64,000 nt of DNA from Nitrospirota bacterium (GTDB lineage: Bacteria > Nitrospirota > Thermodesulfovibrionia > Thermodesulfovibrionales > UBA1546), in contig JACPZK010000032.1 in the NCBI GenBank assembly GCA_016195565.1, positions 26,851 to 90,850 on the forward strand. Reading direction: 5' to 3'. Position numbers and translations under genes: made by a program. Of this stretch, positions 1 to 8,456 are shown piece by piece. Within the stretch, counting starts at the first letter, position 1; each line of letters opens with the position of its first letter. The notes beneath the pieces were generated by a model. It searched no databases. It was not told where the DNA came from and saw only the letters and a list, made by a program, of their open reading frames with translations.

Positions 1-172
1 ATTCGGGCCTACTAATCCGCTAAGAACAGGCCCTTACGGTAAATCGCATGTCATAATCAGGAAAGGGCTTGAATGCTCTCCGTGTTACAGAAAGAATTGC
101 AGAGCCGTTCAGTGTATGGAAATGATAAGCGTCAGAGAAGTAGCAGATGCTATCAGGCGGAGCGGATATTAA
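1..172 (+). CDS. glycosyltransferase family 9 (heptosyltransferase-like), C-terminal fragment; 5' end outside window
   Basis: Frame 2 is open from the window edge to TAA 170-172. Translation FGPTNPLRTGPYGKSHVIIRKGLECSPCYRKNCRAVQCMEMISVREV resembles the conserved GT9 C-terminus (GPT.P..GPYG, CxPC...C...CM). Confidence 0.5.
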   Translation, partial: FGPTNPLRTGPYGKSHVIIRKGLECSPCYRKNCRAVQCMEMISVREVADAIRRSGY

Positions 173-261
173 CGCATAGCGAAGTTCTATTGACTTTGCA
201 CTATTCCTTAATTTAATATTACGGAAAATCCGGGTTTATAAACTGGTGATTGGAGGGAAAG

Positions 262-531
262 ATGACAAAAAAAGTCGCAGTACTTGTAAGGAACAGGCAG
301 CACGAGGCGCTGAGAATGTCTGTAGGGCTGACACTTGAGGACAATGCAGTGAGCGTGTTTGTTATGGATAAAAAACTTCCGTCAGATGAGAATACTAACC
401 TTAATGTGGAAACCCTCGGTGATATGGATGCAAAGATATTTTCCAATAACCCGGAGAATAAATTTGAGCAGATGACCACTGAAGAGATTGCACGCGCTCT
501 GACAGAATATGATGTTGTGATTCCGTATTAA
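262..531 (+). CDS. small DsrE/DsrF-fold-like protein (putative sulfur relay family)
   Basis: ATG 262 follows GGAGGG (253-258); 89 aa. The alternating strand pattern (KVAVLV, VSVFVMD, DVVIPY end) resembles DsrE/F-fold proteins, and the ORF lies directly upstream of a clearer DsrE/F-like ORF. It has no conserved Cys, so the call is weak. Confidence 0.35.
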   Translation: MTKKVAVLVRNRQHEALRMSVGLTLEDNAVSVFVMDKKLPSDENTNLNVETLGDMDAKIFSNNPENKFEQMTTEEIARALTEYDVVIPY

Positions 532-593
532 CCGGTGTTGTTTTTAATTTAAGACACAAACATTATAGACAAAAATTCATGTAAGGAGGAGAT

Positions 594-896
594 ATGAAGC
601 TTGGTATACATGTAATAAGCGACAGGCATCTTGATGATGTAGTCGGTATAGCGAAGGCTGCTGCATCGAAAGGACACGAGGTAACCGTATTCACAATGGC
701 TGACGGTGTTAAACTCCTTGAGAATCCTGCGTTTACCAGCCTGTGCAAGACACCTAATGTCAAAATGAGCTTTTGCGACCATAACGCCACAGGGATGGGG
801 ATCTCAAAAGATGGGATCCCGCAAGATGTAATATGCGGCAGCCAGTATAATAATGCAATTATGGTGAACATCTCTGACAGAGTTATAGTGCTTTAA
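594..896 (+). CDS. DsrE/DsrF/TusC-D-like sulfur relay protein
   Basis: AGGAGGAG RBS upstream; 100 aa. KLGIHVISD..., HEVTVFTMADGV, SFCDHNATGMGI and a DRVIVL C-terminus match the layout of DsrE-family subunits. Confidence 0.5.
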   Translation: MKLGIHVISDRHLDDVVGIAKAAASKGHEVTVFTMADGVKLLENPAFTSLCKTPNVKMSFCDHNATGMGISKDGIPQDVICGSQYNNAIMVNISDRVIVL

Positions 897-939
897 GATT
901 ATATTTAAGAAGGTAAAAATTAAAAAAGGGGACGAAACA

Positions 940-1110
940 ATGAAAATATTGCATATTCTTAATGATGGACAGACTAAATTATCAGATGAGATAATCTGCA
1001 TACAGTCAAAAAGTAATGAGGTTAAGGTTATTGACCTTCCAAAGAAGGAAGCGTCTTATGAAAGTATTGTTGCTGATATTTTTTCGTATGATAAAGTGAT
1101 ATCATGGTAA
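940..1110 (+). CDS. 56-aa DsrH/TusB-like mini protein (not in ORF track, below 60 aa)
   Basis: ATG 940 to TAA 1108-1110, with AAGGGGA 8 nt upstream. The N-terminus MKILHILN and the C-terminus SYESIVADIFSYDKVISW resemble the two ends of DsrH (MSILHTVN ... DYAGFVDL..D.VQAW), but the middle is missing. Confidence 0.3.
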   Translation: MKILHILNDGQTKLSDEIICIQSKSNEVKVIDLPKKEASYESIVADIFSYDKVISW

Positions 1111-1123
1111 CGGCAAATTACAC

Positions 1124-1152
1124 TTGACTTGTTAATAATCAAAAGATATACT
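1124..1152 (+). promoter_or_regulatory. sigma70-type promoter candidate for the rhodanese gene
   Basis: TTGACT (1124-1129), a 17-nt spacer, then TATACT (1147-1152). It lies about 145 nt upstream of the ATG at 1297. Confidence 0.5.
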
Positions 1153-1296
1153 GTCCTTTACCGAGGGTTGAGAAGCTTTAATTTAAAGCTAAAGCCTTAA
1201 ATTTTCAGGACGGGGGGGTGAGATTGAATTGTAGAGGTTTTAAGTTCGGGGTTTCGGCTTCTCATTTAGTAAAAAATTTAACAAAAACAGGAGGCA

Positions 1297-2250
1297 ATGA
1301 TGCTTAGAGATGGTAAAGTGTTGAAGTTCATTTTTTTAATGGTCGGTGTTTTTCTATTTTTCACTGCACAGACTTACGCTGCTCAATTTAAACACCCGGA
1401 GTTATTAGTAACCCCGGCAGACATCGAGAAACACAAGGATTGGATTGTACTCGACTGCCGTGATGCAAAAGAGACAGAAGATAAAAAAACTGGCGAAAAG
1501 TTAAAGGGTTATGCTGATGGACATATCCCTGGCGCAATAAACCTCGGCGGCGATTGTTCAAAGGTCTTGAGGACAAAGGAACAATCGGTTGTTTTTAAGG
1601 ATGCGAAGGAGAATACTGATGTGGCAAAATATGAGAAAATCCTCGGTGATGCCGGGATAAGCAGCGACAAGACTGTAGTGGTTTATGCTGATGCAAAAAG
1701 AATTACCCATGCTACTGTCGGTTTCTGGATACTTGAATACTTAGGGCAGAAGGATGTCCGTTTCCTTAACGGCGGCATTGAGGCTTGGGAAACTGCTGGA
1801 AAGAAGCTGGATACAGCAGAGAAAAAACTTCCACCTGCTAAATATATGGCACATCTTATGAAAAACAGAATAGCTACTACAGATGAAGTTTTGAAGGTTG
1901 CCAAAGGCGAGATTAAAAACGTTCAGATTGTGGACTCAAGGACACCTGGAGAATATGCAGGAACAGATATGAGGGCAAAGAGGGGCGGACATATCCCCAA
2001 GACAACGATGAATGTCTCTCATACTGAGACCTATGATAAGAAGACAGGGATGATTAAGTCTGCTGAAGAACTTGAGAAGCTTTTCGGCAAACTGGACAAG
2101 AACAAGAGGACCATACCTCTCTGCCAGACAGGCACCCGTTCCACACTTACATATTTAGAGTTCAAAATGATGGGATTCAAGAATTTAGCCAATTATGATG
2201 ATTCATGGATAATCTGGGGCAACAGAGAAGACACACCTATTGAAAAGTAA
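1297..2250 (+). CDS. secreted tandem-rhodanese sulfurtransferase (thiosulfate/3-mercaptopyruvate sulfurtransferase family)
   Basis: GGAGG RBS and an N-terminal signal-like helix ending in AQTYAA. Two rhodanese modules are present. The second carries the active-site loop CQTGTRS (CxxGxR[ST]), and HIPGAINL / GHIPKT motifs are present. Confidence 0.8.
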   Translation: MMLRDGKVLKFIFLMVGVFLFFTAQTYAAQFKHPELLVTPADIEKHKDWIVLDCRDAKETEDKKTGEKLKGYADGHIPGAINLGGDCSKVLRTKEQSVVFKDAKENTDVAKYEKILGDAGISSDKTVVVYADAKRITHATVGFWILEYLGQKDVRFLNGGIEAWETAGKKLDTAEKKLPPAKYMAHLMKNRIATTDEVLKVAKGEIKNVQIVDSRTPGEYAGTDMRAKRGGHIPKTTMNVSHTETYDKKTGMIKSAEELEKLFGKLDKNKRTIPLCQTGTRSTLTYLEFKMMGFKNLANYDDSWIIWGNREDTPIEK

Positions 2251-2300
2251 TTGCTGACCTGCTAAATTGGTCCTTTAGCTGAAAATTACTTAGAGTCAAA

Positions 2301-2330
2301 ATAGGAGGCGAAATCGCCTCCTATTTTTTT
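2301..2330 (+). terminator. rho-independent terminator after the rhodanese gene
   Basis: ATAGGAGGCG-AAAT-CGCCTCCTAT forms a perfect 10-bp stem followed by TTTTTT. Confidence 0.8.
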
Positions 2331-2362
2331 GCAAAAAGAGAGGTTGTCAGATAAAATAACTC

Positions 2363-4072
2363 ATGTTAGATAAAACAGCTCGAGTGGACCCCCATGCTTC
2401 TAAAAGGATTGAGTTTTTTTTGATTTCCCTTCTGACATTTTTCAGTTTTCTTATTCTTTTTGTTCTCAGAGGAATTGACGATAACAGGCTGACCTCATGG
2501 TTGTGGACATTCAGCAGTTTTAATATCATAGAATTTTCTTTAATCATAATTTCCGGGATTATCTTTGCATATATGCTTACAAGACTTTCTTTCCCAAAGT
2601 TCAGTCCATCTGTATTTCTTTTTTTACTGTCATTTATTTCTGTAATGCCTTTTTGGAAAGCGCCGGAGGTTATTGTGGATGCATCGCGGTATTTCACTCA
2701 GGCAAAACACCTTGATGTCTATGGAATTGGATATTTCTTTAGAGAATGGGGCAGGGATATTAATATATGGACTGACCTGCCCCTCATTCCTTTTCTTTAT
2801 GGACTGATATTTAAGCTTTTCGGAGAGTCCAGGATTTATATCCAGGCATTTACCACGCTTCTATTTTCTCTTACCGTTGTGCTCACGTATAACATAGGAA
2901 AAACATTATGGGATGAGACAGTTGGTTTTTATGGAGGGGTGCTTCTGCTCGGCATCCCATACCTATTTTCTCAGATATCACTCATGCTTGTTGATGTGCC
3001 TGCAATGTTTTTTTTAACGCTTTCAATTTTTACTTTTATAATGGCTTTAAATCGAGGGGGAATATGGCTTCTATTTTCGTCTGTTGCCGTGTTCACGGCA
3101 TTTTTTTCAAAGTATTCAACATGGCCGATGCTTTCTATTTTGGCAGTTATATTTGTGGTTTACAGCGTTCAACGCTCAAAACTAAAGATGCAGGATAATC
3201 ATGCATCATGGAGAAGAGGATTTGTGGTTGTAGTGATTTCCGGCATATTAATAGGAGTAGTTTTCTGGTATAAATCTGATGTCTTCCTGAATCAGATTAA
3301 ACTCTTATTGAATTATCAGCAGCCCGGACTGAAACGCTGGGAAGAGAGTTTTATTTCCACCTTCTTTTTTCAGATTCATCCCTTTATTACTGTTTCTGCG
3401 ATATATTCTATTTATATTGCCTTAAAGAGAAGAGATGTTAAGTATGCGATTATAAGCTGGCTGATAATATTTATACTTTTATTTCAGATAAAAAGGATAC
3501 GATACATCATAATGATATTCCCGCTGCTGACATTAATGGCATCCTATGGCCTGCGGGAGATAAAAGACAGGCGCATTATAAGGTTTATTGCTTCATATAC
3601 GGTTATCTTTTCGCTTCTTATTGCAGTTCTTGCATACCTTCCTTTTCTCCAGAAAATGAGTGTGGTAAACATAAAAAACGCAGGCAGTTTTTTGAATTCG
3701 CTTGATGCCTCTGAGATTGAGGTGTTTACTCTTCAGTCAAAGAATCCCGATGTCAACCCTGCGATCTCTGTGCCTATTCTTGATTTGTTTACAAAGAAAA
3801 AAATTATCTATCATTATGACAAGGATTTTTTTCCTCCACCAAAGGATTTTGAGAAGTCGTCATTGAGGTTCACATGGGAATATAAAAATCCAGAATACTA
3901 TACCGCTAACAGTGAAGATTCAAAAAGGACTGTGTTGGTAATATCAAGTAACATGGAGGCATTTCCTGATTATATTGAACAGAGGATAAAAGAGTACACC
4001 AGATCTAAGGTATTTGAGATATCGGAGGGAGTGTTTCGTTTTAGGACAGTGGTTGCAGTTTACTATAATTGA
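2363..4072 (+). CDS. polytopic membrane glycosyltransferase, GT39/ArnT-PMT-like
   Basis: 569 aa with about 12 hydrophobic helices in the N-terminal two thirds and a soluble C-terminal domain. This is the architecture of ArnT/PMT-type lipid-linked sugar transferases. The family call is by architecture only. Confidence 0.45.
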   Translation: MLDKTARVDPHASKRIEFFLISLLTFFSFLILFVLRGIDDNRLTSWLWTFSSFNIIEFSLIIISGIIFAYMLTRLSFPKFSPSVFLFLLSFISVMPFWKAPEVIVDASRYFTQAKHLDVYGIGYFFREWGRDINIWTDLPLIPFLYGLIFKLFGESRIYIQAFTTLLFSLTVVLTYNIGKTLWDETVGFYGGVLLLGIPYLFSQISLMLVDVPAMFFLTLSIFTFIMALNRGGIWLLFSSVAVFTAFFSKYSTWPMLSILAVIFVVYSVQRSKLKMQDNHASWRRGFVVVVISGILIGVVFWYKSDVFLNQIKLLLNYQQPGLKRWEESFISTFFFQIHPFITVSAIYSIYIALKRRDVKYAIISWLIIFILLFQIKRIRYIIMIFPLLTLMASYGLREIKDRRIIRFIASYTVIFSLLIAVLAYLPFLQKMSVVNIKNAGSFLNSLDASEIEVFTLQSKNPDVNPAISVPILDLFTKKKIIYHYDKDFFPPPKDFEKSSLRFTWEYKNPEYYTANSEDSKRTVLVISSNMEAFPDYIEQRIKEYTRSKVFEISEGVFRFRTVVAVYYN

Positions 4073-4161
4073 GAAAAAATCTGTGGTTATGCTAATATAA
4101 TTCGCTCTGCTAAAAAATAGGTTTATGTTAAATCCTCAACCTCAAAAGAGATACATGGTTG

Positions 4162-4398
4162 ATGGATGAAACAAAGGGAATAAATGCCTCTCACAGACTG
4201 AAAGAGATTCTGAGAGATTTCCCTGAACTCACAGATTATTTTCTTGAGATGGGCATCTGCGGTTGCGGCGACGAAGGCCTTAACTGGACTATTGCGAGGA
4301 TGGCTGAGGAGAGAGGTATAGACCTGAACAAGTTTCTTGAAGAGGTGAATAAAAGGATAAAAAAAGATAAGGGGGGAGGTAACTGGAAAAAATTCTAA
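4162..4398 (+). CDS. DUF1858 domain protein (hybrid-cluster-protein-associated redox disulfide domain)
   Basis: The pattern ..ILRDFPELTDYFLEMGICGCGDEGLNWTIARMAEERGIDLNKFLEEVN matches DUF1858 (P....F...G..C.gC....tl...a...gid...l..eln). Confidence 0.55.
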   Translation: MDETKGINASHRLKEILRDFPELTDYFLEMGICGCGDEGLNWTIARMAEERGIDLNKFLEEVNKRIKKDKGGGNWKKF

Positions 4399-4447
4399 AA
4401 TAGGTAACTCGCGATTAAGAAATAGTTAATAAGGAGGGAAAAAGTCT

Positions 4448-5887
4448 GTGGAAACAACAACGGTAGATACGAGTCAAAGAAAAAATCAGATATGGGCTTT
4501 TGTAATCACAGGTATCATGATCCTTATAAGCCTTATCTACTATAAGGTAAATGTATATTACATGTACCTTATAGCTTACATCTGGTTTGGATTTGCCTAC
4601 GGGATGATGCTTCAGTACGGAAGATTCTGTTTTGCCTCGGCTTCAAGAGACCTTTTCGCTGCAGGTGTCCCGAGAATGGCTGTCGGTATTCTGGTAGCGC
4701 TTGTATTTTTTAGCCTTATACAAGCAACTCTTGCATCAACCAACATGAGTACCTTTCATCCAGCTCCATTTGGGATACATACATTGATATCAGGTCTCAT
4801 ATTCGGTGTGGGAATGGTTCTTGCCGGAGGTTGTGCCTCTGGTTCTCTGTATAAGATCGGTGAAGGGAATGGCACGTCTTTCCTGGCAGCATTTTTCGGA
4901 CTTTGTATAGGACAGGCGATATTCGTTGATGTCAAATGGTTCAATTTCCTAATCCCTCAGAGCTGGGTAGTTTCAGCGGCAGCAAAAGGGCTGCCTCCCG
5001 ATAAAATGACCTCATCATTTGACACATATCTTGCAGGCTATGTCTGGAACCAGCCGACCCTTCAGTTGTCTCATACAAAGGCTATATCAGAAGCCTTACC
5101 TGGTGCGCTAAAGTATTTTGTCGGCGACTCCCTTTTGAACGCGTTAATTCCTGCAGTAATTCTTCTTCTCGTTATCTATACTGTCTGGAGCAGAAAAGGC
5201 TTTATGAAGAAAAGGGCCAAAGCAAAAGGCGGAGTAACCGGTTTCAGTGATGAGATTGCAGGCATCTGGAATATGATAACTGCATCCAAGAGGACAACCA
5301 TTATGGGTGTGATAATCGGCATCGTGGCAGGACTCCATATTTTTGTGATGAAGGGAATGCAGATTAAATTTGGTATTGCAAATTTCGGGGAGCTGTTAAC
5401 AAGGATGGGACATGCTGCCGATACCAGCATAAAGGGTACTGTTTTTGATCCTGGATACTGGTATATAACCAGTCAGGAAGGCCAGCTTGGCGGATGGATT
5501 CTCGATAAATTAGGCTGGAATATGCGCGATAATATATTCTTTGGTATCAATAACGGTCTTCCAGACCCATGGCGTAACCCTGCTCTCTGGATGTCTTTGG
5601 GTATCGTCTTTGGAGCTATGGTAATGGCACGGCTGAACAATGAATTCAAGTTTAAATTGCCGAAGGGCGAACTGATTGTATGGGGTCTTCTCGGCGGAAT
5701 ACTCATGGGTGTTGGCTCAAGGCCTGCATTGGGATGCAATATAGGGGCCTTTTTTATCAGAGTTGCCGGTGGAGATCCCAGTGGCTGGCTGTATGGCGCT
5801 GGCATGGTGGCAGGCGCCTTTGTCGGAGTTAAGTTCTTTAACTGGTGGTCAGAAAGAAAAATGGCCAAAGAAATGGAAGCATTTTGA
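4448..5887 (+). CDS. YeeE/YedE family sulfur-compound (thiosulfate) transporter
   Basis: GTG start 9 nt after GGAGGG; a polytopic membrane protein. Two hallmark Cys loops are present: AGGCASGSLYKIGEG and ALGCNIGAFF. A TusA-like gene lies immediately downstream, which is the canonical pairing. Confidence 0.75.
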   Translation: METTTVDTSQRKNQIWAFVITGIMILISLIYYKVNVYYMYLIAYIWFGFAYGMMLQYGRFCFASASRDLFAAGVPRMAVGILVALVFFSLIQATLASTNMSTFHPAPFGIHTLISGLIFGVGMVLAGGCASGSLYKIGEGNGTSFLAAFFGLCIGQAIFVDVKWFNFLIPQSWVVSAAAKGLPPDKMTSSFDTYLAGYVWNQPTLQLSHTKAISEALPGALKYFVGDSLLNALIPAVILLLVIYTVWSRKGFMKKRAKAKGGVTGFSDEIAGIWNMITASKRTTIMGVIIGIVAGLHIFVMKGMQIKFGIANFGELLTRMGHAADTSIKGTVFDPGYWYITSQEGQLGGWILDKLGWNMRDNIFFGINNGLPDPWRNPALWMSLGIVFGAMVMARLNNEFKFKLPKGELIVWGLLGGILMGVGSRPALGCNIGAFFIRVAGGDPSGWLYGAGMVAGAFVGVKFFNWWSERKMAKEMEAF

Positions 5888-5920
5888 AAATTCAAAATTC
5901 AAAATTTAAAACTCAAAATT
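5886..5920. repeat. tandem heptanucleotide repeat (AAAATTC-type), intergenic
   Basis: GAAAATTCAAAATTCAAAATTTAAAACTCAAAATT: about 5 units of a 7-nt repeat between yeeE-like and tusA-like. Confidence 0.8.
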
Positions 5921-5936
5921 AAGGAGGAAGTTTGTT

Positions 5937-6188
5937 ATGGCTATGAAATTTGAGAAAAAAGGTGACGGAACATATATGCTGGATGTTTGCGGTTACGTCT
6001 GCCCGCATCCCCAGATATATGCCAAAAAGTCTCTCGAAAAAATGAATGAGGGTGATGTAGTAGAGATTATACTTGATAATCCTTCGTCTGTTGAAACTAT
6101 ATCCCAGATGTGCGACCAGGTAGGGCATGATGTGCTGGATAAAAAAACAGAAGGCGGCAAAATATATTTGAAGATCAAAAAGGGATAA
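5937..6188 (+). CDS. TusA/SirA-family sulfurtransferase
   Basis: AAGGAGG RBS; 83 aa. It carries the CGYVCPHPQIYAKKSLEKM motif (the Cys-Pro-x-Pro signature of TusA). Confidence 0.75.
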   Translation: MAMKFEKKGDGTYMLDVCGYVCPHPQIYAKKSLEKMNEGDVVEIILDNPSSVETISQMCDQVGHDVLDKKTEGGKIYLKIKKG

Positions 6189-6221
6189 GATTTTTCCCTT
6201 TAATAAATTGAGGAGGGCTAA

Positions 6222-6434
6222 ATGAAAACACCTCTGGTGATTATTGTTGTGATTGTTGTTGCTATACTTGGTTTTTTAACCGTTTATAGCCAGCAACATG
6301 ATATGACAGCACAGACTCAGGGACAAGGAGCAGCAGGCGGGTATGGCTCAGCACCGGCAGCAGGCGGGTATGGCTCAGCACCGGCAGCAGGCGGGTATGG
6401 CTCAGCACCGGCAGCAGGCGGGTATGGCAAATAA
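6222..6434 (+). CDS. small membrane-anchored Gly/Tyr-rich repeat protein
   Basis: GAGGAGGG RBS; an N-terminal TM helix (LVIIVVIVVAILGFLTV) followed by (AAGGYGSAP)x3.6. Confidence 0.5.
   Translation: MKTPLVIIVVIVVAILGFLTVYSQQHDMTAQTQGQGAAGGYGSAPAAGGYGSAPAAGGYGSAPAAGGYGK
6331..6428 (+). repeat. perfect 27-nt tandem repeat, 3.6 copies
   Basis: CAGCAGGCGGGTATGGCTCAGCACCGG repeats at 6331, 6358 and 6385, with a partial copy from 6412. No mismatches were seen. Confidence 0.9.
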
Positions 6435-6470
6435 AACTCAGCGTATTAACTAAAAATAGCAGGTGAGAAA

Positions 6471-6932
6471 ATGAAAAAAGTATTGATTGCAGTTGACGAT
6501 ACGAAGGGTACCAAGAATGCTTTTTCTGTGTGCAGTAATGTATGTTCTTGCATTCAGCCGGAAAAAACAGTGCTGGTTTTCGTCGAGAAATTCGAGGGCA
6601 GGTCCTTAATTAATGAAATGCTTGGCGACGCTGAAATGTTCACCCTTGAAGAAGTGCTGAAAGGAACGGAATATCAGGAAGCTCTGGACGAAAAGGCACA
6701 AAAGATTTTGAATTATTACAAGAAGGCTCTTGAGAATAAAGGAGTAACCGGAATAAAGACTGTAATCAGGAAAGGTCATCCTGCTGAAGAAATTCTCAAG
6801 ACCGCTAAAAAAGAAAACGTGGACATGATAATTGTCGGGTCGAGAGGCAAAAGGATTTCGCACAGATTTATGGGAAGCGTCAGCCGGGAAGTGGCTAATA
6901 ATGCGGAGGTTCCAGTATTGATTGTGAAGTAA
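6471..6932 (+). CDS. universal stress protein (UspA family)
   Basis: KKVLIAVDDT..., and DMIIVGSRGKRISHRFMGSVSREVANNAEVPVLIVK is the typical Usp ATP-binding C-terminus. Confidence 0.8.
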   Translation: MKKVLIAVDDTKGTKNAFSVCSNVCSCIQPEKTVLVFVEKFEGRSLINEMLGDAEMFTLEEVLKGTEYQEALDEKAQKILNYYKKALENKGVTGIKTVIRKGHPAEEILKTAKKENVDMIIVGSRGKRISHRFMGSVSREVANNAEVPVLIVK

Positions 6933-6958
6933 TTTTTATTGTGTAGGTTGCAATTAAA

Positions 6959-6995
6959 AAATACCTTGCGATTCAAACTGCAGGGTATTTTTTTA
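6959..6995 (+). terminator. rho-independent terminator after the usp gene
   Basis: AATACCTTGC pairs with GCAGGGTATT (10 bp, one G-U), with a 10-nt loop, followed by a T-run. Confidence 0.65.
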
Positions 6996-7044
6996 TCGAA
7001 TTAAGCCATAATGAGATTCAAAAATAAAAACATTATGCTGTTAA

Positions 7045-8454
7045 ATGCTGTTTCAGGAAAACTTGGATAATACAAAAGACAAAATCATAATATTAGGGGG
7101 AGGTCTTACCGGGCTTTCTGCGGGATATGTCTTAACCAAGGCAGGTCTCAGCGTTAAGGTATTTGAAAGTGATTCTACTGTTGGCGGGCTTTCAAAAACA
7201 ATAATTCACAACGGGTTCAGGTTTGACCTCGGCGGGCACAGGTTTTTCACAAAGGACAGAGAACTAAATAATTTTGTAAAAGAACTAATGAGGGAAGAGC
7301 TGATCTCTGTTCAGCGCAAAAGCAAAATCTACATGCGGAATAAATACTTTGATTATCCGCTAAAGCCTTTGAATGCAATATTCGGCCTTGGCATATCCAC
7401 TACAATAGAGATATTGCTTGATTATGCTGCTGAGAAAATAAAAAACCTTGTAAGGAAATCTCAGAACATTTCCCTTGAGGACTGGGTGGTCGGCAACTTC
7501 GGGCGGAAGATGTTTAATATCTACTTCAAGGAATACAGTGAAAAGGTATGGGGTATTGACTGCAGCAGGATAAGCGCAGAATGGGTTGCGCAGCGCATCA
7601 GGGGATTGTCGCTGGCAAGCGCAGTTAAAAACGCATTTTTCAAACTTAACGGAAGAGATGTGCCTTCTCTTGTTGATGTTTTTCTGTACCCTCAGTTGGG
7701 CATTGGCCGTATTTCTGACAGGCTCAAAGAGGATATAGAGGCAGGGAACAACAGTGTCCTCACAGATTCACGCATAGAGCGAATAAACCATTCAGATTTT
7801 AAAGTGGAGAGTATCGTAATAAATAACCGTAAGCAGTTTGTTGAAGAAAACGGAATTGAATTTATATCAAGCATACCGATAACAAAACTGGTAAACATGC
7901 TGCGCCCTGCTCCTCCTGAAAATATCTTGACCGCCGCCTCAAAACTCAGATTCCGGGACCTTGTGATAGTTGCTGTGATGATAAACAGGAAAAGGGTTAC
8001 AGACCAGACATGGATATATATTCCTGAGCAGAAGATACCTTTTGGCAGACTGCACGAGCCTACGAACTGGAGCGAAAAAATGGCGCCGGAGGGCAAGACT
8101 ATTCTTGTGGCAGAGTTTTTCAGCTTCAAAGGCGAGGGGATATGGAACAAAAGCGATGAGGAGCTTACCGCAATCACCGTTGAAAATCTGGAGAACATGG
8201 GGTTTGTCAAAAAGCATGAGATAATAGGCAGCGTTGTGGTAAAAGTACTGAATGCTTATCCGTTGTTTGAGGTAGGATACAAGGAAAGATGTGATGAAAT
8301 ATATGATTATCTTGGCAGGTTCAAAAATCTCCATATCACAGGCAGGAGCGGGATGTTCAGATATTACAACATGGACCATGCCATAGAATCAGGAATAAAA
8401 ACAGCGGAAAAGATTATAAAAGCTGTCAGCTGTCAGCTGTCAGCTATCAGCTAA
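7045..8454 (+). CDS. NAD(P)/FAD-dependent oxidoreductase (amine oxidase / UDP-galactopyranose mutase-like fold)
   Basis: An N-terminal dinucleotide fold (IIILGGGLTGLSAGYVL...KVFESDSTVGG) followed by FRFDLGGHRFF. The last 10 codons are a heptamer repeat. Confidence 0.7.
   Translation: MLFQENLDNTKDKIIILGGGLTGLSAGYVLTKAGLSVKVFESDSTVGGLSKTIIHNGFRFDLGGHRFFTKDRELNNFVKELMREELISVQRKSKIYMRNKYFDYPLKPLNAIFGLGISTTIEILLDYAAEKIKNLVRKSQNISLEDWVVGNFGRKMFNIYFKEYSEKVWGIDCSRISAEWVAQRIRGLSLASAVKNAFFKLNGRDVPSLVDVFLYPQLGIGRISDRLKEDIEAGNNSVLTDSRIERINHSDFKVESIVINNRKQFVEENGIEFISSIPITKLVNMLRPAPPENILTAASKLRFRDLVIVAVMINRKRVTDQTWIYIPEQKIPFGRLHEPTNWSEKMAPEGKTILVAEFFSFKGEGIWNKSDEELTAITVENLENMGFVKKHEIIGSVVVKVLNAYPLFEVGYKERCDEIYDYLGRFKNLHITGRSGMFRYYNMDHAIESGIKTAEKIIKAVSCQLSAIS
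8421..8452 (+). repeat. tandem heptanucleotide repeat (AGCTGTC)n forming the 3' end of the CDS
   Basis: AGCTGTC x3, then AGCTATC, then AGCT; translated as AVSCQLSAIS. Confidence 0.8.
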
Positions 8455-8456
8455 AA

